Positions 47,734 through 60,390 of a DNA stretch of 64,000 nt are shown here, in pieces. The first letter of the stretch is position 1. Every line of letters begins with the position of its first letter. The DNA is taken from the NCBI RefSeq assembly GCF_006345805.1, contig NC_043020.1, positions 12,586,001-12,650,000 on the forward strand. Direction: 5' to 3'. The stretch is from Octopus sinensis (taxonomy: Eukaryota). Position numbers and translations under genes: made by a program. The notes below the pieces were generated by a model that saw only the letters and a list, made by a program, of their open reading frames with translations, ran no database searches and was not told the DNA's origin.

Positions 47734-48630
47734 TCTTTATATATAAAAGAGAAGTTGTGTGTCTGTCTCCTACGATTTAGATTCCTAACTACTCCCACAT
47801 TTTGCAGTGAAGTTTAACCAAAACCAGGTATCTTATAGTCGTGATTCATATCGAGCCCGTCTGGGTATTAGCGCGCGTCTACGATGATTCTACGATTTTA
47901 AAAATAATTTACCATCATTTTTTATTCCATTTTAATGCATTTTTTTTCGTGTGTCGATGGCGGCGGAGTTGGCGTCCATGGTCACACCTGCACCTGTTTG
48001 CTTCTCCCCCTTCTTCCCTCCCTCATGAAGCTGTGGGGAAGGGAGTGTAAGGAAATCAACGTCGTAAAGCGTTGTCAAGGAGACCAGCGTTCTTTTAGAA
48101 CAACGACTTCATGGCTTGAAGACACCAAAACAAAAATGGCTAAGAAAGCCCGAATTGGCATCTATAAAGGAAGTAACTCTCTAAAAATGCTTATATAGTT
48201 ATTTCCCTTACAAACCCGAGCAACGACGGGCGATACTGCTAATCTTTATATATAAAAGTAAGGTTGTGTGTCTGTCTCCTACGATTTAGATTCCTAACTA
48301 CTCCCACATTTTGCGGTGCAGTTTAACCAAAACCGGGTATCTTATAGTCGTGATTCATATTGAGCCCTTCTGGATATTAGCGCGCGTCTACGATGAGTCT
48401 ATGATTTTAAAAAATAACTTACCACCATTTTTTCCATTTTAATGCATTTTTTTCGCTATTATATAAGGGAAGTAACTCTCTAAAAATGTCTACGATGAGT
48501 CAACGATTTAAAAAAAATTTACCATAATTTTTTTTCCATTTTTAATGCATTTTTTTGGCTAAAACTCTCTAAAAATGCTTATATAGTTATTTCCCTTACA
48601 AACCCGAGCAACGCCGGGCGATACTGCTAG
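47734..48630 (+). mobile_element. Head-to-tail Helitron dimer: H5 (47734-48242, with captured insert) and H6 (48243-48630)
   Basis: TC start, CTAA|TC junction, CTAG|T end. Confidence 0.87.
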
Positions 48631-48979
48631 TATTTGATAAACTAATTCTAGATACATTGCGGCAAAAAATACAAAAAAGGAAATGGATAAGACGATCACA
48701 AATGATCATGGTCTATCGATTGGCAGAGGGCAGTACATACAAGGGGAGATAACTACTGTGAGCCTGACATCCTTAATTTTCTCATTTTGACCATGTTGTC
48801 ATGCGCATACCCACTTCTTTATACAAGATTCCTATAGCTTCTTTAGGTGAAATTCACAGCTAGACTGTCAAGGGTAAATCTCTAGAGCAGCCGCGAGCAA
48901 AATTTTATGAGAAGTGGGCCATATGAAACACAGATCGTTATTAGGCAGGCTACACCACTTACAAAAAAAAAAAATCCGT

Positions 48980-49197
48980 ATTCTCTTTTACTCTTTTACT
49001 TGTTTCAGTCATTTGACTGTGGCCATGCTGGAGCACCGCCTTTAGTCGAGCAAATCGACCCCCAGGACTTATTCTTTGTAAGCCTAGTACTTATTCTATC
49101 AGTCTCTTTTGCCGAACCGCTAAGTTACGGGGATGCAAACACACCAGCATCGGTTGTCAAGCAATGTTGGGGGAGACAAACACAGACACACAAACAT

Positions 49198-49258
<61 letters not shown>

Positions 49259-49365
49259 AATATATATATATTATATATATATATACACATATATATGGCG
49301 GGCTTCTTTCAGTTTCCGTCTACCAAATCCACTCATAAGGCTTTGGTCGGCTCGAGGCTATAGTA
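48980..49365 (-). mobile_element. SINE family A
   Basis: Matches the other copies. Confidence 0.83.
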
Positions 49366-49654
49366 GAATTTAATGTTGAAGTGAATCTAATGGTCTTTGT
49401 GTGTTTCTTAAATGGCTTATAAACAAACACCTTCCATGCTGCAATTGTTTTCATTCCAGCACACGATCTCAGATCATGTAACTTGCTATGCAAGTACATC
49501 TCCATTTTATCATACATTTATTGACTGTGTCTTTCTTCTTGATGTGAAGAGACCAACAATGATGAGGATGCTGGGAATGATGATGATGATGATGATGATG
49601 AATACAAAAAGCAAATAGACAGCAATTTCAGGAGGAATTAAATGCAACACTTAC

Positions 49655-49732
49655 TAAACCATGTGAAGAGAATGCGACGTCTTGTGGCATCGTGTTTTGG
49701 GATCTTGGAAACTGAACCTTGTAAAGTGTGGG
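49655..49732 (-). CDS. GSAP: GSAP exon 9 (78 nt, phase 1-1; HTLQGSVSKIPKHDATRRRILFTWF)
   Basis: Acceptor ctttcattgcag|, donor |gtaagt. Confidence 0.85.
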
Positions 49733-49784
49733 CTGCAATGAAAGAAGTAAAAAGAAAATAATAACAATAAAATAGGCAAGACAA

Positions 49785-50400
49785 TGTTGTGTGGTAAGCT
49801 AGCTTCCCAACCACATGGTTCTGGGTTCAGTCCCACTGCATGGCACCTCAGGCAAGTGTCTTCTGCTATAGCGTTTAGATCGACCAAAGCCTTGTGAGTG
49901 GATTTGGTAGATGGAAAATGATAGAAGCCCATCTGTTTCTTTATTACCCACAAGGGGCTAAACATAGAGGGGACAAACAAGGACAGACAAACGGATTAAG
50001 TCGATTATATCGACCCCGAAAGGATGAAAGGCAAAATCAACCTCAGCAGAATTTGAACTCAGAACTTAAAGGCAGACATAATATGGCTACGCATTTCGCC
50101 CGGCATGCTAACGTTTCTGCCAGCTCGCCGCCTTGATAGAAGCCCATCATAGTTGTGTGTGTGTATGTGTGTGTGTGTTTTTATGTCTGTCTTTTTCCCA
50201 CCACCACTTGACACTTGGTGTTGATGTGTTTAGATCCTCATAACTTAGTGGTTTGGCAAAAGAGATCAATGGAATAAATATCTGCTGCTTAAAAAAAAAC
50301 AAATAAAGAAAAGGACAGGGGTTAATTTATTTGACTAAAAATTCTTCAAGGCAGTGCCCCAGCATGGCCACAGTCAAATAACAGAAACAAGTAAAAGAAC
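49785..50400 (+). mobile_element. SINE A with an antisense SINE C inserted (15-bp TSD tgatagaagcccatc)
   Basis: TSD at 49919-49933 and 50134-50148. Confidence 0.85.
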
Positions 50401-50431
50401 AGAAAACAAAAAAAAAAAGGAGTTTGGATCT

Positions 50432-50826
50432 CTCTTTTACTCTTTTACTTGTTTCAGTCATTTGACTGCAGCCATGCTGGAGCACCGCCTTTAATTGAGC
50501 AACTCGACCCTGGGACTTATTCTTTTGTAAGCCCAGTACTTATTCTATCGGTCTCTTTTGCTGAACCGCTAAGTAACGGGGACATAAACACACCAGCATC
50601 GGTTGTCAAGCAATGCTAGGGGGACAAACACAGACACACAAACACACACACTCATATATATACATATATACGATGGGCTTCTTTCAGTTTCCGTCTACCA
50701 AATCCACTCACAAGGTTTTGGTCAGCCCGAGGCTATAGTAGAAGACACTTGCCCAAGGTGCCACACAGTGGGACTGAACCCGGAACCATGTGGTTGGTAA
50801 ACAAGCTACTTACCACACAGCCACTT
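50432..50826 (-). mobile_element. SINE family A
   Basis: Full copy. Confidence 0.86.
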
Positions 50827-51152
50827 CTGTTGAAGATATAGAGGCAAAAATCTCGGCATGGCTGTGTGGTTAGGGAGCTTGCTTCCTAGCTACATGGTTT
50901 CGGGTTCAGTCCCATTGCGTGGCACTTTGAGTAGGTGTCTTCCACTATAGCCCCGAGCCGACCGGATCTTTGTGATTGAATTCGGTAGGTGGAAGTTACT
51001 GCCGTGTGTGTATGTGTGCGTATAGCTGCTCAGTGCCTCTCCGAAAGAGAGAGAGAGGGGGAAGCATAACCTAGAATTAAGGGATTTTGAAGTAAATTGA
51101 GGGGTTTCGAAGTACATTTATGAAGATGAGGAACATAAAAAAACTGACTCAC

Positions 51153-51216
51153 CATGGTGGACCAAACAGACGAAATATGTGACATCAACCAAATCTTCAT
51201 CAGTAATATTGTGTTC
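51153..51216 (-). CDS. GSAP: GSAP exon 8 (64 nt, phase 0-1; EHNITDEDLVDVTYFVCLVHH)
   Basis: Acceptor acatctctccag|, donor |gtgagt. Confidence 0.87.
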
Positions 51217-51917
51217 CTGGAGAGATGTGAACAAAAAGCATAAAATTGTGGAAATGAAGAAGGGAAAAAAAGGGGTAAGAAGATAATTGAAAATAAGGAG
51301 AAAGGATAAAAATGGGAATGAAAAGGTTCTCAGGTAAATCTTAAATAGGTTTACTGGGGTTTCTCTGAGAAACTTTTGAGGGCACTTACACACATAGGAC
51401 ATTGACACAAATGCACACACAGAGGACATGTTGACACATTCACATACAGAGGACATGTACACATACACACACAGAGGACATATTTACATACACACACACA
51501 CAGATGACACATTGAAACATATACAGACACACACACACACAGAGAGGACACATTGAAACATATACAGACACACACACACAGAGGACACATTGAAACACAT
51601 ATAGACACACACACAGAACATGTTGACACAAACATTCACACACACAGAGGACATATTCACACACACACACAAACATCGACACATCGACACACACACACGC
51701 TTAAAAGACACACACACACAGACATACACACACACACACACACACAGAGGCCATACTGACGTTGATGCATACATACATAGAAACTCAAAAGATTTGATAT
51801 AGACACAAAATAATAATAGACAGCAAGGTGGATCGAGGCAGACGGTGTTATTCAAGAATTCTAATCCCTGCTCAACAACATGGCAACACTCTACCAGTGA
51901 CATGATATGAACCACCA

Positions 51918-52153
51918 AAAGGCGGCAAGCTGGCAGAAACGTTAGCACGCTGGGTGAAATGCATAGCCGTATTTCGTCTGCCGTTACGTTCTGAGTTCAA
52001 ATTCTGCCAAGGTCGGCTTTACCTTTCACCCTTTCGGGGTCGATAAATTAAGAACCAGTTACGCACTGGGGTCGATATAATCGACTTAATCCGTTTGTCT
52101 GTCCTTGTTTGTCCCCTCTGTGTTTAGTCCCTTGTGGGTAGTAAAGAAATAGG
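51918..52153 (+). mobile_element. SINE family C
   Basis: Full copy. Confidence 0.84.
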
Positions 52154-52207
52154 TATAAACCACCAAAATTTCAAGTTGGGGAAAAAAAAAAAATAGGGTT
52201 AGCTTAC

Positions 52208-52317
52208 TTTTTCTTCAGGGGTTACAGCTTGAGGTTGATTCTGAGACAGAGTTGGTTGGTAACAAATACAGAAGGTACCATTGGGCATTGTTATCACTTC
52301 TAAGTTAATGGAACGAT
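52208..52317 (-). CDS. GSAP: GSAP exon 7 (110 nt, phase 1-0; RSINLEVITMPNGTFCICYQPTLSQNQPQAVTPEEK)
   Basis: Acceptor acatttctag|, donor |gtaagc; GTFCICY resembles the recalled GSLCVCY. Confidence 0.88.
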
Positions 52318-52419
52318 CTAGAAATGTAAATACATTATCAACAGAGGATGGCACATGTCAGTGAAGTGTTTCAATGGGATATAAATAAATCTTTGTTATT
52401 ATTAAGGCACCATCACCAA

Positions 52420-52810
52420 TACTTTTTACGTGACACCAGCACCAGTGTTTTTCTTTTATGTAACACCTGCACAGGTGCTTTTTACACGGCACCAGCACAG
52501 GTGCTTTTTGTGTAGCACCTGTGCATTTTATGTGGCACCGGCACAGGTGCTTTCAACTTGACACCATCATCAGTGCTTTTTACATGGCACCAGGACAGGT
52601 GCTTTATACATGGCACCAGCACCAGTGCATTTTACACAACACCAGGACAGGTGCATTTTACATGGCACCAGCACAGGTGCTTTTTATGTGGCACCAGCAC
52701 AGGTGCTTTTTATGTAGCACCAGCCCAGGTGCCCTTTACATGATGCCAGCATGGGTGCTTTCTATGTGGCACCAGCATGGATGTTTTCTATGTGATGCCA
52801 GTAAAGGTGC
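52420..52810. repeat. Degenerate tandem repeat of about 26 bp (gcaccagcacaggtgctttttatgtg)
   Basis: Resembles part of the RTE 3'UTR module. Confidence 0.7.
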
Positions 52811-52917
52811 TTTTCACTGCTAATAATGATAATAACGAAGATAATAATACTAATAATAACAACATTAGTAATACTAATAATAATAATGAGAATAATAAAG
52901 AAGCAGGTGAACATTAC

Positions 52918-52958
52918 CAGGAATAACAGAACACAGAGGGATGTCAATGTAGACTGGT
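52918..52958 (-). CDS. GSAP: GSAP exon 6 (41 nt, phase 2-1; PVYIDIPLCSVIP)
   Basis: Acceptor ttttatattacag|, donor |gtaatg; phases fit. Confidence 0.82.
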
Positions 52959-53167
52959 CTGTAATATAAAAGAAGGAGAAATATCAGTGAAAGATTGTGT
53001 GAGTATGTGTGTGTGTGTGTGCGCGTGTGTGTGTGTCTGTGTGTGTGTACATGCTTTCATCATGGCATGAATTTGTACATCATATAAATTCATATTTTCA
53101 AACACCCCCCCCCAAAAAAAACATTCACTAAATGACAAAAAGCACAGCAGCAGCAGCAGCCGTTCAA

Positions 53168-53520
53168 GAATTTGGACCTGGAGATCTCCATTTCCAGCGA
53201 CTTCGAGGGCCACCTCCCAGTGGTGTCGGGCGTCAACGAGGAGCCCTCGACTACAACAAGACGACCAAAGTTTTTTTTTTTTCCAAAGTCTGGGGTCTCC
53301 CGCCCCTAAGCCTAGACCATCACCTAGTCACCCTTACCCGTAAGAATTTGGACCTGGAGATCTCCATTTCCAGCGACTTCGAGGGCCACCTCCTCCCAGT
53401 GGTGGCGGGCGTCAACGAGGAGCCCTTGACTACAAGACGACCAAAGTTTTTTTTTTTTTTTTCCAAGGTCTGGGGTCTCCCGCCCCTAAGCCCTAGACCA
53501 TCACCTAATCACCCTTACCC
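53168..53520. repeat. Tandem duplication of an unclassified GC-richer unit of about 172 bp
   Basis: agaatttggacctggagatctcc...cacccttaccc occurs twice. Confidence 0.85.
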
Positions 53521-53631
53521 TTCTTGTTGCTTAACAACAACAACAACAACAAGACAAGCAAAATTATAGAACAAGGAAGGAATCTCTTCTATATACAAAT
53601 CACTCAACCCTTTTAGAATTAGCACCCAAAC

Positions 53632-54140
53632 CAGTGGTTCTCAACCAGGGTCCATATGACCCTTGGTGGGGTCCATATAAGATTTGCGTGGAGGCACATG
53701 GCCTAGTGGTTAGAGCAGCGGACAGGTGATCGAAGGATCACGGGTTCGAATTTCAGACCAGGCGGTGTGTGTGTTTATGGGCGAAACACCTAAGCTCCAC
53801 GCGGCTCCGGCAGAAGGAAATGGCAAACTTCTCCCGACTCTTTCGCCACAACTTTCTCTCACTCTTTCCTCCTGCATCTAGCAGCTCACCTGTGATGGAC
53901 CAGTGTCTCATCCAGGTGGGAAACCTATACGCCAATGAAACCAGGAAAACCGCCCTTATGAGCCAGGCATGGCTCGAGAAGGAACCATATAAGATTTAGT
54001 CGTTAAAATTTTGTGTGCAAATACATCGGTTATACTTCTACAATTCACAAAATATTTCGACAATTTTTTTTAGGCAATTTTAATAATATTTAATCAAAAA
54101 ATGTAATGGGTTTTTTTTAAAACACTGAAGCGGGTGAGGG
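53632..54140 (+). mobile_element. hAT-like MITE interrupted by a SINE B tail-2 variant (about 53688-53984; TSD catataagattt)
   Basis: cagtggttctcaacc ... ggttgaggaacacgg; TSD at 53674 and 53985. Confidence 0.65.
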
Positions 54141-54276
54141 ACCATCTGAGCAAAATAGGAATCAAAAAGGGTTCACAGGCAGAAAATGGTTGAGGAACAC
54201 GGATCTAAATCTATCTCAAACCATTTAAAAAACAAATAAACATCATCATCATCGTTCTAATGTCTACTTTCCTATA

Positions 54277-54668
54277 CTCTTTACTCTTTTACTTGTTTCA
54301 GTCATTTGACTGCGGCCATGCTGGAGCACCGCCTTTAATCGAGCAACTCGACCCCGGACTTATTCTTTTGTAAGCCCAGTACTTATTTTATCGGTCTCTT
54401 TTACCGAACTGCTAAGTTACGGGGACATAAACACACCAGCATTGGTTGTCAAGCAATGCTAGGGGGACAAATACAGACACACAAACACACACATATATAT
54501 ACATATATACGACAGGCTTCTTTCAGTTTCCGTCTACCAAATCCACTCACAAGGCTTTGGTTGGCCCGAGGCTATAGTAGAAGACACTTGCCCAAGGTGC
54601 CACGCAGTGGGACTGAACCCGGAACCATGTGGTTGGTAAACAAGCTACTTACCACACAGCCACTCCTG
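54277..54668 (-). mobile_element. SINE family A
   Basis: Full copy. Confidence 0.86.
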
Positions 54669-54774
54669 TGCCTATGTATATAAACAATAATGAACCATAA
54701 AATAAATTTTTATTTTTCAAAACAAAATAAAATAGTAGGAAGGAAAATAATAATTATTTTTGTATACTTCCATT

Positions 54775-54900
54775 TTATTTATATTTGAAAAGTTTCCTCC
54801 TACTTTTTTGAATTGCAAAGTCTTTGATGAGATCCTCAAAATCAATCTTAGGTAAGACATCTGCTTCTATACTTAGTAGAGATAAAAGCATCCCGAATAT
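54775..54900 (-). mobile_element. hAT transposase C-terminal dimerisation-domain remnant
   Basis: LSLLSIEADVLPKIDFEDLIKDFAIQKSRRKLF. Confidence 0.75.
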
Positions 54901-56094
54901 TATTTTAGCAAGTTGAAAGTGATTTCTTTTGTGCTGTAAACCAATTACCATTTCTGTTGGTGCCCCTTCCTTCCCTTGATGCCCTAAGCACATGCTTATT
55001 TTGCTTAATGGTTAATCCAGATCTGCTAACACCAACCACTTCACAGAGTGTACTGGGTGCTTTTCTCAAGGCACCAGCACCAGTGCTTTTTATGTGGAAC
55101 CAGCATCGGTGTCAGTGGTTTTTATGTGGCACCAGCATCGGTGTCAGTGGTTTTTATGTGGAACCAGCACCCACTCCAATGCTTTTCACAACAACAACAA
55201 TAAACAGAACAATGACAGCAGAAGAAAATATTTTAAAAAATGAAGGAGTCATTGGAGAATGAAGTCCCTGGCATGAAACAAGATAGGATAGCCATGAGTG
55301 GAACCCCTTAGCTCATATATCAGATCAATCCGAGCAGATCTGGTGTTACAGAACAACAACAACAACAGTGTGGAGGCGCAATGGCCCAATGGTTAGGGTA
55401 GCGGACTCGCAGTTGTAAGAACGCGGTTTCAATTCCTAGACCGGGCATTGTGAGTGTTTATTGAGCAAAAACACCTAAGCTCCACGAGGCTCCAGTGGGG
55501 GAGGGTAGTGAACCCTGCTGTACTCTTTCACCACAAATTTCTCTCACTCTTTCTTCCTACTTCTGCCACAAAGCAGAGGAACCATGGTGTAACCCACTAT
55601 GGTGTGGTAAACTTTCAGACCTAAGTCTAGATTGTGAATCCTCTGTACCCCAGGATGGTTCAGCTCTCCACCTGTTAAAAGCTACCATTCACGGAATGAG
55701 GATAACAACATAGCTTTGACGCCTGTGCAACCGCCAGTCTATCGCGTGTGGTGGGTGGATCTTCAAGTTGCCACACGCATTCTTAGTAGTTTAGAGTAGG
55801 CTCGAATTAGAGATTATTCTTTGTGGCTAATGGCATGAGTCCTGATTGAAAGAAGAACAAGTCAACAAAGGAGCTTCTATGAGACAGGTCCCTTGACTAG
55901 AAATAGCAGCCAAATCTCTCTCAAATCATATCTTAAAACCTTTAAAAAGAAATACACATTACATAAAGTAGTCTTAGACAAGAGAGTCATGGGTGAAGTG
56001 TCTTTAACCATAAGTCTTTAACCCTAACCCATTAACCATAAGTCTTTCATAGAAGTTATCAACCACTTCACCAACAACAACACTGAACACCTTT

Positions 56095-56365
56095 TTGATC
56101 TCCATGTGTCTAACACACGTGGACATGCCTACAAAGTCAGAAAACAACACAGCTCACATGACTTTCGGAAACATTTTTTCACGCTCAGAGTTGCTGAAGC
56201 ATGGAATAAACTGCCTGCGTCAGTTGTTGACTGCCATGACACTGCATCCTTTAAGGCCCTCATGCTTTCCGAAATCCGCCGAAACTACACCTGATTATAT
56301 ATAGACTTTAGATGAGTTGTAGTGCACCTGAGCACTGTACACAATTATTATTATTATTATTATTA
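56095..56365 (+). mobile_element. CR1 3'-end fragment
   Basis: SNTRGHAYKVRKQHSSHDFRKHFFTLRVAEAWNKLP, then (ATT)n. Confidence 0.85.
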
Positions 56366-56383
56366 TAAATAAACATTTCTTAC

Positions 56384-56433
56384 CTGCCGGTCTTTGACAT
56401 AAATGGAATTGGGAAGTTCAGTGGGACATCAAT
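56384..56433 (-). CDS. GSAP: GSAP exon 5 (50 nt, phase 0-2; IDVPLNFPIPFMSKTG)
   Basis: Acceptor atcttttctag|, donor |gtaaga; VPLN resembles GSAP/pigeon EVPLD/NIPLN. Confidence 0.87.
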
Positions 56434-56617
56434 CTAGAAAAGATAAAATTCTTTAGATTTGGTGAAATGGTTTAATTGATGCCAACGGCTGGGAAATCAG
56501 TTAAAAAAAAAACCATCTCTCAATGTTTGGTAAATTCTATAATCCATTGATGAGTCAAGGAGGAGGGTGCAAGGAGGCTGCAACTGAAGTCTTCATATAC
56601 ACAACCATTATTATTAT

Positions 56618-56647
<30 letters not shown>

Positions 56648-56648
<1 letters not shown>

Positions 56649-57945
56649 GTGGAGTCACAATGGTCCAGTGGTTAGGGCAGCGGACTCGCGGTCGTAGGAT
56701 CGCGGTTTTGATTCCCAGACTGGGCGTTGTGAGTGTTTATTGAGCGAAAACACCTAAAATCTCCACGAGGCTCCGGCAGGGATGGTGGTGATCCCTGCTG
56801 TACTCTTTCACCACAACTTTTTCTCACTCTTACTTCCTGTTTCTGTTGTACCTGTATTTCAAAGGGCCGGCCTTGTCACTCTCTGTGTCACGCTGAATAT
56901 CCCCGAGAACTACGTTAAGGGTACACGTGTCTGTGGAGTACTCAGCCACTTACACGTTAATTTCACGAGCAGGCTGTTCCGTTGATCGGATCAACCGGAA
57001 CCCTCGTCGTCGTAACCGACGGAGTGCTTCCATCCACTACTACTACTACTACTGTGGAGTCACAATGGCCCAGTGGTTAGGGCAGCGAACTCACAGTCGT
57101 AGGATTGCAGTTTCAATCCCAGACTGGGCGTTGTGAGTATTTATTGAGCAAAAACATCTAAAGCTCCATGAGGCTCCAGCAGGGGGAGGCGGTGAACCCT
57201 GCTCTACTCTTTCACCACAACTTTCTCTTACTCTTTCTTGTTTCTGATGTACCTGTATTTCAAAGGGCCAGTCTTGTCGCACTCTGTCTAACACTGAATC
57301 TCCCCGAGAACTACGTTAAGGGTACATGTGTCTGTGGAGTGCTCAGCCACTTGCACGTTAATAAATGAGCTGCAACGTCATGGGTGCCAAGCTGTATCGG
57401 CCTTTGCCTTTCCCTTGGATAACACTGGTGGCGTGGAGAGGGGAGGCTGGTATGCATGGGCGACTGCTGGTCTTCCATAAACAACCTTGCACAGACATGT
57501 GCCTGGGAGGGTAACTTTCTAGGTGCATTCAGACCGAATGGGTTCACAACTACTGGAAGCACTCCGTCGGTTGCGACGATGAGGGTTCCGGTTGATCCGA
57601 TCAATGGAACAGCCTGCTCGTGAAATTAACATGTAAGTGGCTGAGCACTCCACAGACACGTGTACCCTTAACGTAGTTCTCGGGGATATTCAGCGTGACA
57701 CAGAGGGTGACAAGGCCGGCCCCTTGAAATACAGGTACAACAGAAACAGGAAGTAAAAGTGAGAGAAAGTTGTGGTGAAAGAGTACAGCAGGGATCACCA
57801 CCATCCCCTGCCGGAGCCTCGTGGAGCTTTAGGTGTTTTCGCTCAATAAACACTCACAACGCCCGGTCTGGGAATTGAAACCGCGATCCTACGACCGCGA
57901 GTCCGCTGCCCTAACCACTGGGCCATTGCGCCTCCACTCACAACT
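56648..57945. mobile_element. SINE B cluster: 56648-57032 (+), 57055-57360 (+), 57556-57945 (-)
   Basis: Direct comparison. Confidence 0.87.
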
Positions 57946-58314
57946 ACTACTACTACAATTAAGACAGTGAGGTGGCAGAATCATTAGCATGCCATGCAAA
58001 ATGCTTAGTGGCATCTCATCCATCTTTATGCTCTGAGTTCAAATTCTGCCAAGGTCCACTTTGCCTTTCATCCTTTCGGGGCTGACAAAATGAAGTACCA
58101 GCTGAGCACTGGGAATTGATGTAATCAGCTTATCCCATAACCTGGTAGTGGTGGTGGTGGTGGTGGTGGTGGCAGCGGCAGTAGTAGTAGTAGTAGTAGT
58201 AGCATTACCATTATATTATACAATGGTTGTTTAGGTTAATGGTAGAGCACTCAGCTGGTACCTTAGGGGCACAGGTTCATTCCTGTAGCTGCCTGCTGTC
58301 AACTTTTATAGGTG

Positions 58315-58750
58315 TAGGAGTGGCCGTGTGGTAAGTAGCTTGCATACGAACCACATGGTTCCGGGTTCAGTCCCAGTGCATGGCACTTTGGGCAAGTGTC
58401 TTCTATTATAGGAACGGGCTGACCAAATCCTTGTGAGTGGATTTGGTAGACGGAAACTGAAAGAAGCCCGTCATATATGTGTATATATATATGTGTATGT
58501 GTGTATGTATGTATGTGTGTGTGTATATGTTTGTGTGTCTGTGTTTGCCCCCCCCCCCCAACATCGCTTGACAACCGATGCTGGTGTGTTTTACATCCCC
58601 GTAACTTAGCAGTTCAGAATAAAGAGACTGATAGAATAAGTACTAGGCTTGCAAAGAATAAGTCCTGGGTGGTCGATTTGCTCAACTTAAAGGTGGTGCT
58701 CCAGCATGGTCACAGTCACCTGACTTGAAACAAGTTAAAGAGTTAAAGAG
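58315..58750 (+). mobile_element. SINE family A
   Basis: Ends about 15 nt from the GSAP exon 4 donor. Confidence 0.83.
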
Positions 58751-58764
58751 AACGTTTCACTCAC

Positions 58765-58947
58765 CATGCTGTCGTATTTGCCATTATTGCTGAACTGTAA
58801 CGTAGAGAGAATGGTATGGAACTTTCGGTAACCAACGCTGTCATCATGCTGATGGTAAATGTAGTGGAGTCGCTGGTTATGGACGTCCCACGAAGACCAC
58901 AAGAACTCTCCGATTAACTGTTCTTTCTCTGGTTGACGTTTCATTAT
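58765..58947 (-). CDS. GSAP: GSAP exon 4 (183 nt, phase 0-0; IMKRQPEKEQLIGEFLWSSWDVHNQRLHYIY...ILSTLQFSNNGKYDSM)
   Basis: Acceptor ctttctccag|, donor |gtgagt; EFLWSSWD..NQRLHYI matches the recalled GSAP DFVWAQWD..EQRLYYI. Confidence 0.92.
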
Positions 58948-59736
58948 CTGGAGAAAGAGAATCGAGAAATGAAATGAAATTCCATAAAATCACAATGACA
59001 TACAAAATAATATACACGATGGGGGGGGGGGCAAAAGTCATGCACCAAATCATTTGACAAGTTATGTTGTTGTTGCTGTTGTTATTATTATTGTTGTTGT
59101 TGTAATTGTTGTTATTGTTGTTGTTGCTGGTGTTATTATCATTGTAGTTGTTGTTGTTATTGCAGTTGTTGTTGTTATTATTGTTGCTGCTGCTGTTGTT
59201 ATTATTGTTATTGCTGTTATTATTATTATTATTATTATTATATATTTTATCCTCCTCCCATACTTATCTCGACCATCATCATCATCAACACTGTCTCTAA
59301 ACCGCAACGCCACCATAGGTTACGTGGAAACGATGTGTTTTCAAGGGAGATAATCAAAGAACGTAACATTGTAATACTTCATATAAAGTAAATATAACAA
59401 TTGAAAAATCCTTCAAGAATCCATAAAAATTCCCAGATCACTACCAAAATTCCATCACCTGCTCCTTGTGTCATTACCAACATTACCTGCAAGTTTCATC
59501 AAATATCGTTCATAACTCTTTGAGTTATTTTGCACACAGACAGACATACGGACAAACCAACGCCAATGAAAACATCCATCCTTGGCGGAGGTAATAAATT
59601 ATTTTACATGTCTGCGCCAATATGCATGCTACACATTACACATTACAATTGTACATTTACAAATCAATGTAGATATATAAGGCTAGATCTTCAGCTCACC
59701 AGAACATCATGGTTACACCAATGCTTCGACTCTATA

Positions 59737-60133
59737 TCTTTATATATAAAAGTGAAGTTGTGTGTCTGTCTCCTACGATTTAGATTCCTAACTACTCCCA
59801 CATTTTGCGGTGCAGTTTAACCAAAACTGGGTATCTTATAGTCGTGATTCATATCGAGCCCTTCTGGGTATTAGCGCACGTCTACGATGAGTCTACGATC
59901 TTAAAAAAGATTTACCATTATTTTTTTCATTTTAATGCATTTTTTCGCTATTATATAAGGGAAGGAACTCTCTAAAAATGTCTACGATGAGTCAACGATT
60001 TAAAAAAAAATTTACCATCATTTTTTTTCCATTTTTAATGCATTTTTTTACTACTTTTTGGCTATAACTCTCTAAAAATGCTTATATAGTTATTTCCCTT
60101 ACAAACCCGAGCAACGCCGGGCGATACTGCTAG
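59737..60133 (+). mobile_element. Non-autonomous Helitron H7
   Basis: A|TC...CTAG|T. Confidence 0.88.
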
Positions 60134-60260
60134 TATACATATAAGAGAGAAGAGAGAGAAATTATTAAGACTATTTCTTATTCTTGTATGGGACAAAAAT
60201 TAAAGAATAACAAATAAAAAAGAAATAAAACACAAATAAAAAAAAAACAATAGCACCAAC

Positions 60261-60307
60261 CATGGCATCTTCTGCTCTGGCTAAAGGAATATGGTAAAGC
60301 CCAATGG
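60261..60307 (-). CDS. GSAP: GSAP exon 3 (47 nt, phase 1-0; IGLYHIPLARAEDAM)
   Basis: Acceptor ctctgtttgcag|, donor |gttggt; phases fit both neighbours. Confidence 0.8.
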
Positions 60308-60390
60308 CTGCAAACAGAGAGAAACAATTATTTACAAAAGAATCTGCAAAGGTAGACATGTGAAGGATGGGGAGGTTCTGGAATAGAAAT

